Below are positions 1 through 9,639 of a stretch of 64,000 nucleotides of DNA, in pieces. Each line of letters starts with the position of its first letter. The first letter of the stretch is position 1. Below the pieces are notes generated by a model. It was given only the letters and a program-made list of their open reading frames with translations. It was not told the origin of the DNA and ran no database searches. Location: positions 29,328,001-29,392,000 of the forward strand of contig CM059433.1 of assembly GCA_030390025.1 (NCBI GenBank), read 5' to 3'. This DNA is from Squalus acanthias (Eukaryota). The translations under genes and the position numbers were made by a program.

Positions 1-450
1 GAGCGGGTGGGATCGGGTGCGGGTGGGGGGTTTAATCGGGAAAAATTCCGAGCACGTCGGAAGCCCGACTCCAACCCACTCACCTCCGGGTTTAACGGAA
101 GCGAGACAAAGGGCGGGCAGCCAACCTGCTCCCAGGAGGCGGGATGGCAATTTACATATTTTAATGAGGCGGGAAGCCTCTGATTTAACCTGCTTTGCAG
201 GTTTTGCAGTCTGCGGCTGGGTTTCCCAGGCCTCAGGAAACCCGACAGCAGATGTGAGGCAAGGACAGCTTCAGGGAGAAGGTAAGTGCCTTCACACCAC
301 TGCTTGTCGGCCAGGAGGAGCAGGAGTGCTTCACCACGGCCCCCCAAGCTCCCCCACATCATATCCCCAAACCCCACATGCAAAGGCCACTGGGATCGGA
401 CCCACCCCCCACCCCAACAGTACACGGCCTGCACTTGAAGCAGGGTAGAT
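1..450. mobile_element. GC-rich Harbinger-like MITE fragment, cut by the window start
   Basis: The reverse complement of ~218-295 aligns with 23757-23855 inside the MITE that starts GGACTGAATTTT at 23052. No terminus is visible. Confidence 0.4.
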
Positions 451-464
451 TCATAACTAATCTG

Positions 465-856
465 CGGAATCGTTATTTCAGTGAGCGAGTGGTCAATCTA
501 TGGAACAGATTCACTAGGGAGAGGGTGGAAGCAGTTACTATTGATTAATTCAAATGCAAATTAGATAGATTTCTTTCAGAAAATATTATTTTTGGATGCA
601 GTATATGAGTAATTTGAGACATGCCATGTGAGTGTAGCATGCTTTGGAGGAACAGGTGACTTTGGATCTATGGTTCCCAAAGCTCTCCACCACTGGGGTT
701 TTCCTCACCTCATGTCTGGGTCTGTTGTAGACCAATTGATAGAGATTGATTTCTATGATTACTTAATAACTCCATGAATGTTGTATCAAGTGCCTACCAG
801 GATGGTCGAAGGCAAACTAGATGGACCGTGGTCTTTTTACATCCAGCAGTTCCTAC
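465..856 (+). mobile_element. CR1-type LINE 3' end fragment
   Basis: Degenerate ORF2 C-terminus (FSERVVNLWNR-like) followed by a CR1-like 3' UTR. Confidence 0.55.
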
Positions 857-1857
857 GTTGCTATGACAATCTGCTTCTTGCCTTGACCTTTTGGGGGGCT
901 TGGGTGTTGAGAAATTGTTCTGATTCTAAAATATGCTGATCTTTCTAATGGTGGCTTTTCTGTAAAGGATCCCAGCGTATTAGACGCAGCTTTGGTTGTT
1001 ACAACAAAATGTCTGAAAGGAAAACAAGCATTCTTCACAGGCGGTCCTACAATGGGGAGTGTAGTCATTTCAGACTGCTGATCGGAAATGAATTTATTTG
1101 GCCTGAGCATTCAACTTGCTCCTTGACGCAAAGCAGGACTAGTCCCAGAGGATGTAAAATTATAGTCTTGACACATGCTTGCCTCTACAACAGCGCAGAA
1201 AACTACTTGGCCTCTGAATTACACCATTCGTGCAAGCCTGGCTTCAGTCAGTTCAATTTAAAAGAGGCAGTAACACAACATGTTCATTTCTGACTCTGCA
1301 GTAACTCCACTTTCTTTGTGTGCTTCAATTGGGTACAGGTGCAGGTTCAGATGAAACTAAATTAATGACTGCTGGGTAAATGGACTGTTTCGTACAGGGT
1401 GCCATATAATGATTGCATTTGCTTTATAATAATGCTTTAACAGTGTACTCTCGTTATCTTGATCAGACAGTTGTTGTAGATAACTTTCTGTTTTGTATTT
1501 TTCTTGTATATTCCTGTACGTTTCCATGTAAACAATACTAAGAAGCCAAGTGCAGTTGTGTTGTAACAATTACATTTTCTAGCACTTTTATTTTCACATA
1601 TGTTTTTTTAAATGTATTGTTTTGTATGTGTATGCACGAATAAAACATTTACTGTCTAACATTGCTTCCCTTTCCTCAGTCTGTCCCTTCTCCTACTGGA
1701 TCGACACACACACACAGGCACCATTTCCCCCTTTTAGTCTTCTATCTTGCTAACTATTTTACTCTATCCAAGTCGCTTGATGCTCTCCTCGGACAGGCCT
1801 CTGATACCCCCTCCCACTGTTCCTTCTATGTCTCAGCCTTTGATTTTGTTTTACAAA

Positions 1858-2290
1858 GTGCCTTTCACTACCTCAGGACAACCCAAAGTGCTTTACAGCC
1901 AATGAAGTACTTTTTGAAGTGTAGTCCCTGTCGTAATGTAGGAAACGCGGCAGCCAATTTGTGCACAGCAAGCTCCCAGAAACTGCGATGAGATAATGAC
2001 CAGATCATCTAATTTTTAAGTGATGTTGGTTGAGGGATAAATATTGGCCAGGATACCGGGGAGCACTCACCTGCTCTTCTCCAAATAGTGCCATGGGATC
2101 TTTTATGTCCACCTGAGAGAGCAGACAGGGCCTTGGTTTAATGTCTCATCCGAAAGACGGCACTTCCGACAGTGCAGCACTCCTTCAGTACTGCACTGGG
2201 AATGCCAGCCTAAATTTTGTGCTCAAGTCTCTGGAGTGGGACTTGAACCCACAACATTTTGACCCAGAGGCAAGAGCCACGGCTGGCACC
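1858..2290 (-). mobile_element. Deu-domain tRNA-derived SINE (SacSINE1/AmnSINE1-like)
   Basis: Reverse complement has a tRNA-like head (B box GGTTCAAGTCCC), then GATGAGACATTAAACC...AAAGATCCCATGGCAC. Many copies in this window. Confidence 0.75.
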
Positions 2291-2435
2291 TAGAAGACTT
2301 TCTGTAAAGAAATGAGGAAAGATGAGCACCATCTTTAGTAGCATCCAATGAATTCAGCATTGGAAGAGAAAAAGGATTCAGTGAAGTTTACCCTTAGCCA
2401 CTATTACTTTAATACAGAAAGGCAAGGGAAAATTA

Positions 2436-2862
2436 CGTAGAATTTACAGCACAGAAACAGACCATTCGGCAGAACTAGTCCATGTCGCTGTTTATGCTCC
2501 ACATGAGCCTCCTCCCACTCCTCTTCATTTAACTCTATCAGCATAACCTTCTATTCCTTTCTCCCTCGTGCTTATATAGCTTCCCCTTAAATGCATCTAT
2601 GCTTTTCACCTCAACTACTCCTGTGGTAGCGAGTTCCACATTCTCACCACTCTCTGGGTAAAGCAGTTTCTTCTGAATTCCTTGTTGGATTTATTAATGA
2701 CTACCTTATATTTATGGCCCCTAGATTTTGTCTTGCCCTCAAGTGTAAAGATCTTATCTACGTGTGCCCTATCAAACCCCTTCATGATTTTAAAGACCTC
2801 TATCAGGTCACCCCTCAGCCTTCCCTTTTCTAGAGAAAAGAGCCCCAGCCTGTTCAATCTTT
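2436..2862 (-). mobile_element. CR1 LINE 3' end
   Basis: ORF 2615-2935 carries LGLFSLEKGRLRGDLIEVFKIMKG...FTQRVVRMWNSLP, the CR1 ORF2 C-terminus. Confidence 0.85.
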
Positions 2863-3179
2863 CGACTGAAAGAGGAGTGCCTGTGTTCTTGGTGCCCAGG
2901 CTCAAAGGACAAGCTGCATATGTACAGTACAACAAAATATTATTTTCCAGTTATTTTGGGTTTTAGGGTTCCCCTCCCCATCTTCACTAGTTTCCCTGTA
3001 CCACGCCAAATGATGGGCATATGAGCTGCTCTCAGCCCCATCGATCCTGCTCTGCAACCAGCCCTGAGAAGGTGTGAAAGAGTGGGTTGACTTGATTGCA
3101 ATTATCTCTCCCTATCTCCCCCTTTAGCTGAAGAACCGTGCAGATTCCTTGGCCAGCCTAGAGCAGGACCACATAACAA

Positions 3180-3575
3180 TTTATTTTTTTCATTCACGGG
3201 ATGTGAACCCCAGCATTTATTGCCCATCCCAAATTGCCCTTGAGAAGGTAGTGGTGAGCCACCTTCTTGACAACTGAGTGGCTTGCTAGGCCATTTCAGA
3301 GGGCAATTAAGAGTCAACCACATTGCTGTGGTTCTGGAGTCACATATAAGGAAGGCAGATTTCCTTCCCTAAAGGACATGTGTGAACCAGATGGGTTTTT
3401 GCGACAATCTGGTAGTTTCATGGTCACCATTACTGATACTAGCTTTTTATTCCAGATTTATTTAACTGAATTTAAATTCCCCACCTGCCTAGTGGTGGGA
3501 TTTCAACTCTTGTCTCCGGATTATTAGTCCAGGCCTCTGGATTACCAGTCCAGTAACATTACCACTATGCTACGG
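3180..3575 (-). mobile_element. tRNA-derived SINE with a LINE-derived tail (second SINE family)
   Basis: Copies at 24205-24585 and, degenerate, ~55330-55550. The tail matches the 3' end of the LINE at 27229-28510. Confidence 0.7.
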
Positions 3576-3619
3576 TTCCCGTATAAATTGAAAGGTGTGT
3601 GCCCACGTCCGGACACATA

Positions 3620-4238
3620 GGGCTGGATTTTGATACTGGGGCGGGTTGGGGTCGTGTTATCCGCTTTTCCTGTTATCTGCCCGACTGCAATTGGATGTGG
3701 GAGATTGATGCAATTTTCACCTAATTGGGCAATTGAGTTCCAGCATGTGGGAACCCATGACCCAATTAGTGTTTTCAGTCTGAAAGTCGCCTCTGATGAC
3801 CTCATCATTGCTGCTGCATTGAAGGTCTGCAAAGACTGCCTGGCCTTTGCTGTGAGAGGACCTGGATGCAAAGGTGAGAGAGAGAGAGAACTACTCCATT
3901 GTAATAGTGGACCTGCAGCTGATAGTCAGCTTCCTAATGTGCTCCCGCCAGGTTTCACAATTGTGTTTCAGAACAGGCGTGCTTCACGTAAAACAAGGGT
4001 TAAAATCACAAAGGCCTTTCAAAATGGCATTATAGAGCCAATTTAGTGCTTGTTAAGAGCCTTAACAGCCTATCCCGCCTCTTAAAGGCGGGACGGAGTC
4101 GGGACCAGCAGACACGATTTAATGAAAATTGCATGGAGGCGGGATGGAGGCGGACTTGTGCCCGCCCGCCACTTTTCGCAATTTTAACCCCCCACATGCC
4201 TCCAAACCCGCCTCCACGGGTCAATGAAAATCCAGCCC
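3620..4238 (+). mobile_element. Harbinger-type MITE, related to the element at 60031-63221
   Basis: Perfect 12-bp TIR GGGCTGGATTTT...AAAATCCAGCCC. Both subterminal regions align with the ends of 60031-63221. Confidence 0.8.
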
Positions 4239-4355
4239 TAAGTCACTGTGGAAATCTCTCCGACTACGAGTTTGTCCAATGTTCGCCATGTCACGCCTGA
4301 ATCCATCAAAGAAAGTATTCACTAAGCTGTGCCTCTGTCGGATTTCTAGGTTGAA

Positions 4356-4542
4356 ATGAAACCCATCATAGTAGTCCATGGGGGAGCCTGGGCCATCCCT
4401 GATGAATTTGTAGAAGGAAGTATTCAAGGAGTGAAACAAGCCGCGAAGGAGAGCTTCAGGCTGTTGGAAAATGGGGCCAGTGCAGTTGATGCTGTGGAAG
4501 CCGCAGTCAGGACCTTAGAAGATGATCCAATATTCAATGCAG
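4356..4542 (+). CDS. ASRGL1: Isoaspartyl peptidase/L-asparaginase (ASRGL1-like), first coding exon
   Basis: MKPIIVVHGGAWAIPDEF...SAVDAVEAAVRTLEDDPIFNAG is a plant-type asparaginase (Ntn-hydrolase) N-terminus. Acceptor TTTCTAG ends at 4349; donor G|GTAAGA at 4542/4543, phase 1. Orthologue versus paralogue is unresolved. Confidence 0.92.
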
Positions 4543-4593
4543 GTAAGAAAGTGCGTAATTTCCTTCTCTGAGTTACATAATTCAAAAGAAAAT

Positions 4594-4853
4594 GGTCCAG
4601 ATTTTGCTGCCAAAATAAAGGTGAGATTAATGGCGCTTGCCATTATTAAAGTGTAAATCATCCAGCAACTTGTGGTGAGGAAGAGATACCCCGTGAGTGT
4701 GAATCACCACAAACTGCTGGACAATTTGCGTCACTCTGCCATTAACTTCACAAAAATGGCAGCTCACCCTCAATCTTCCCATGAAGTTGCTGCATTTGCA
4801 CATTAATAATCAATTAAACTCGCTTGCAGAAAGTTAGGGCTGGTACTTAAAAG
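4594..4853. mobile_element. Harbinger-like terminal fragment
   Basis: Starts GGTCCAGATTTT, matching the TIR pattern. 4783-4853 matches the reverse complement of ~18868-18940. Confidence 0.45.
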
Positions 4854-5639
4854 AGAAAGTAAGTAAGTAAATAAATAAGAAAATAAGAAAGACAGATATA
4901 TAGATTCATTGTCGCATATGTTGCACTCAGATCATTAATTTAAAACTGGCACTCCAGCGATACTTTTGTTCAAGTACTGAGGAAGTTAGTCTGTGGTCAC
5001 TCCACCATGGGGATCAGATTCTGCTCCCCATCAGGAAACAAGACACAAGAAATGTATGACCAGGTCACGTATATCCCCATTAAGGAGGCATACTACTCCA
5101 GACAGAGCTACGAAGGAAGAGGTACCTCAGGAGACTGTGGCTTAGCAGGGATTCAGTGATAGAACCATGTCATTTGCTGCAATGTGGCCTGCAGACACAA
5201 TCCAACATCTGTTTGTTACATCCCCACATATCACAGAAGTCACTGCTGTTTTATTCTGACTGTGCAGTAGAGACGCTAAACCTCTGGGCTGCAACGCTAA
5301 CGGGGCAAAATCCGTCTGGGGGGCAGGAGATGGTTGGCGCAGCACTTACCTTCCATGCAATACCATCCTGGTGGCGTTACTGGAGGCATCCAAGGGGAAG
5401 TTCCTGTCCAGGTGCGGCGTTGCAGCTTCCCACAGCCTCTGGAATCGAGGCTGTGGCGCTCACAAGGAATTATGGGTAATGAAGAAGTCTGAGAATTTAA
5501 GGGGCCATGCACAATGCAGCACTACAAATTAAAATGAAGTGGGACAATGCAGTTTTCAGTCCTTTCTGCCTTTTAAAAAAAAAATTAACATTAAATAGAA
5601 GTCCCAAATGTAAATATTCAGCTGGAAAAAAATGCCTCA

Positions 5640-7371
5640 GCATTAACACAAATAGCTCAGCAAGCCAGGGAAGGGGCACCGCATTGTGCAGGGGGTCAAC
5701 ACTGCAAGGCTGGACCTCTACCCACAGCGGCCAGGAGGCCCTCCAGAAAGATGGATGTGGGAGTACATCACCGAGGCCGTCACTGCCAATAGTGTCACCC
5801 CCACCACCTGGTTCCAGTGCCCAAAGAAGCTTCAAGACCTCAGACCACTGGTCAAGGTCAGTGAATGCATCTTCAACAGCCGTCTCCACTAGCTTCACAC
5901 ACTGCTCAATGCATGACTCCCCCCCACTCCATCACTCACCCACCAACAATCCGCACCATTCACGAGGCACATCTCACATTCCTAGCTTCACCTCACCCTC
6001 TTGGAGGAGACGGTGCTGGCCGTTCTTGGCAGGGGCATGGCTGAGCCCTTGGCCAGTGGCGGGGCAGAAGGATACAAGATGCTGGTCTCCTCATACGTTA
6101 TCCTCCTCCTCGCATGCACCTCCTGCTTTCCCGCCCTCCCCTCACCACAACTCCACCCTTGTGCCTTCCTCATTTCACACACCCAAGAAATGCAGCCTGC
6201 CCAGCCAGTGGTTGGTCAAGAAGAGGGAGAGGAGAGAGAAGAAGAAGGAGAAACACTGTCACTTGATTTCACACTCCCAGCCACCAGCTCCTCAAGGTCA
6301 ACCAGCAAAACCATTTGCAGTGTCCCCCACTGAAAGTCAGCAGCCTTTCACCAGCCATGCTGCAGCCACTGGGGTAGCACTGCGTGACATCAGTAGGACA
6401 GGCAAAGGCACACACAAGACAGTCACTAAGAGAATGCATAAGGGTGATGAGTTGATTTCTTGATGTCACTTTGGATGGATAGACGTATAGAGGTGGATTG
6501 GAAAGTTTGCTTTGTGGTTGCTTTTATTTCAGCATTGTGGCCAAGAGGACATTGTGATGGTCAGTAACAGAGGGAAGGTAAGGTGTGGGACTAATGTTGA
6601 AAGGAGAATTGGGGTTGTGGTCACTGGTATTGCATGCAGATGAGGCGGATGATTCCATCCCGGATATCCCAGCCACAAAGGGGAATCCTTCCTTCTGATT
6701 CTTCCTCTTCTGTTTCCTCCTCTTCTGTGTCTTCCTCTTCTCTCTGGAAGCAGATGCTGTAAATGTGACATTACAGCATAAAATGCTGGAAATACTCAGC
6801 TGGACAGGCAGCATCTCGACCTGAGGCGTGAACTCTGTTTTTCTCTCCACAGGTGTAGCGTGACCTGCTGAGTATTTGCAGCATGCTCTGTCTTCTCAAA
6901 GGCCTTCATTTACCATCCAAGCCCTTGCAAGCGTCCAGCAACACTCCCTACACACTTACATTTTTTTTCACATTTATTGCAGCAAGCCACCCCTTCAATA
7001 AAATCAAAAAAATCCAGTCCAAAACCTTAAAGTCAAACTTAACGGAAGGATGTGTATGTCCCTTTAAGAGGTGCTAACATCACCACTGTCAACCTGCTTG
7101 CATGCCAGGTTAACCTGGCATGCTTAGGACCCAGCGCTGTATTCAGCGCTAGGGTCAAAGTTCACGCTTGTGGCGTAAAGTCGGTATGGCACGCCGATTT
7201 ACGTCACAACGCCACCATTTTTTGGGGGATGGCGCCACTAGTTACTGGCAGCGCAAAGGTAAGGACGAAAATTATGGCTGCCGCAGGGACCGCCAGCAGC
7301 TGCTGAAAGAGTGGTGGCCGTTGTTTTAGCGCCGTTACAGAGTGGCGCTAAGGCCACAAATTTTTAGCTCC
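5640..7371 (+). mobile_element. Multiply deleted Harbinger with Myb gene remnants, same family as 47561-51338
   Basis: TWFQCPKKLQDL (SANT-like) remnant. 6310-6610 closely matches 49696-49995. Right end AAATTTTTAGCTCC at ~7371. Confidence 0.7.
6748..6890. mobile_element. Degenerate inverted pair of Penelope-like 3' termini
   Basis: AAATGCTGGAAATACTCAGC... (minus) abuts GACCTGAGGCGTGAACTCTGTTTT...CTGCTGAGTATTTGCAGCAT (plus). Same terminus as ~36180-36265. Confidence 0.55.
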
Positions 7372-7775
7372 TGGAGTTTAGAAGAATGAGAGGTGATCTC
7401 ATTGAAATGTATAAAATTCTTGTAGGGCTTGACAGGGTAGATGATGAGAGGGTGTTTCCCCTGGCTGGAGAGTCTAGAACCAGGGGTCATAGTCTCAGGA
7501 TAAAGGGCCGGTCATTTAGGACTGAGATGACGAGAAATTTCTTCACTTAGAGGGTTGTGAATCTTTGGAATTCTCTACTCCAGAGGGCTGTTGAATATAT
7601 TCAAGACAGAGATTGATAGATTTTTGGGCAGGAAGGGAATCAGGGGATATGGAATAGGGCAGGAAGGTGTAGTTGATGTAGAAGATCAACCATGATCTTA
7701 TTGAATGGCGGAGCAGGCTCGAGGAACCGTATGGCCTACTCCTGCTCCTATTTCTTATCTTCTTATGTTCTTATA
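7372..7775 (+). mobile_element. CR1 LINE 3' end
   Basis: EFRRMRGDLIE...RVVNLWNSL coding remnant plus a CR1 tail ending TTCTTATGTTCTTAT. Confidence 0.85.
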
Positions 7776-8128
7776 TAACCGAGGCCCTGTCTGCCCTCAC
7801 AGGTGGATGTAAAAGATCCCAAGCCCACGATTTCGAAGAAGAGCATCGGAGTTCTCGCGCGCCCCCCCCCACCCACCCCACCCCCCCCCCCCCCCACACA
7901 GATGTCCTGGTCAATATTTATCTTTCAACAAACATCACTTAAAAAAACAAATGATCTGGTCATTTATCTCTTTGCTGTTTGTGGGAGCTTGCTGTGCACA
8001 AATTGACTGCTGAGTTTCCTACATTACAACAGTGACCACACCTGAAAAAAGTACTTCATTGGCTGTAAAGCGCTTTGTGGCGCCGTGAGGTTATAAAAGG
8101 CGCTATATAAATGCAAGTCTTTCTTTCT
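7776..8128 (+). mobile_element. Partial Deu-domain SINE
   Basis: AACCGAGGCCCTGTCTGCCCTCACAGGTGGATGTAAAAGATCCC...GGCGCTATATAAATGCAAG. Confidence 0.7.
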
Positions 8129-9083
8129 ATGCAAACAGATTCATCCAGTTCTGCGTGGGTCAGCAGCATCAGAATGATAGAGTGTAACTGCTTACCACAC
8201 TGCCTGTTTCCCCAGAGCACAGGGAACTTTTCACTTCACCCATGTTGCTAGTTGCGTCCACGCACACATTATCATGACATACTTGAGTAGAAAGGGCTTT
8301 TGCTTGTGAATTATCCAGCTAATATACAGCTGTTAGCAATAAATAATGGATGTAACTATCAGTTCGCCATCGAGCTTACGCAATGTTTTTTTTTAATACA
8401 ATCCTCCGTGCAACTGCTGTTCCAAGCGGAAAGAAGGTGGAGTGTTGGTTGCTAAGTGACCAATAACATCTAGTCAAGCTAGATTATTATTTAAGAAGTA
8501 GAAATATACTTTTTTGTACCGAGATCTCAGGGAAATATCCTGTTTTTTGTGTTTAAATCACTCCATGGCCCTAAGCTCTGGAATTTCCTCCCTAAACCTG
8601 TCCACCTCCTCCTTTACGACGCTCCTTAAAACCCACCTGTTTGACCAAGCTTTTGGTCACCTGTCCTAATATCTCCATCTTTGGCTCAATGCCAATTTAT
8701 GACTGTTTACGGTCCTGCAAACGCTTTGGGAGGTTTTACTTTGTTAAAGGCGCTATATAAATGCAAGTTGTTGTCATTGTTGCAGCAGAGATCAAAGAAA
8801 TTTCTCAACACCAAGGTCTTCCTGAATGACCAAACATTGCTAACAAATGGACCATTGTTTAGATCTCTTCACAACAACGATCCCTCCCGCCTTTAAAACA
8901 CCTCTCTGCTGCCACTGGATTGACAACTTAGTACAAGGGACTTCCTGGAGGAGCTAACTACTTCAGGCAAGCTTCTGCTAATACGGCTCACGTCTGGGTC
9001 CTGGCCACACAATCCCGATCATTGACAGTCCAATTACATTGATGAATACACAGAGCTGGGCTTTTACCAGATAGAATTAGGCT

Positions 9084-9290
9084 CTCTGAACTCAGTAGTG
9101 TTAGCGCTATGCATTCTCTGAACTCGGTATTGTCAGTACTGTGCATGCTCTGAAATCGGTAGTGTTAGCGCTGTGCGTTCTCTGAACTCGGTATTGTCAG
9201 TACTGTGCATTCTCTGAAATCGGTAGTGTTAGCGCTGTGCGTTCTCTGAACTCGGCAGTGTTAGCGCTGTGCCTAGTCTGAACTCTGTAG
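9084..9290. repeat. 32-bp minisatellite, about 6.5 copies
   Basis: Units start at 9084, 9116, 9148, 9180, 9212, 9244 and 9276 (partial). Consensus CTCTGAAMTCGGTAKTGTYAGYRCTGTGCRTT. Confidence 0.9.
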
Positions 9291-9639
9291 CCTGCCTGAC
9301 AATGACTAGATCAAATTATACATTCCCGACAAAGGCTGGAATTTTTATTTATGAGTCGGGTCAGGTGCTTGTGGGCCACGCAGCGGGTCGGGAACGCAAT
9401 GTCTTGATTAGCCCGCTCTTCAAAGCAACTCTAGCATAATGGCCCCAATTAAACCAGCCATGCGCGTTTCCCGGCCCTATTAAAGGGTGCGGGTCTGATG
9501 ATGTCATCGATGACTCATTTCCAGTGCCCATATTTAAAGCAGCCTTGCATACAACTCATTTGAAGGTAGGTAAAGGAGTGTGGAAGGAGCATTGGAAAGG
9601 TTGGAATTATTGTGCAAAGTGAAAAATATAAATACCCAA

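Noticed and set aside
5507..6463. 318-aa ORF as a host gene
   Set aside because: Low-complexity off-frame reading across a deleted Harbinger copy.
9084..9290. CRISPR-like 32-bp periodicity
   Set aside because: Units are contiguous with no unique spacers, there are no cas genes, and the context is eukaryotic.
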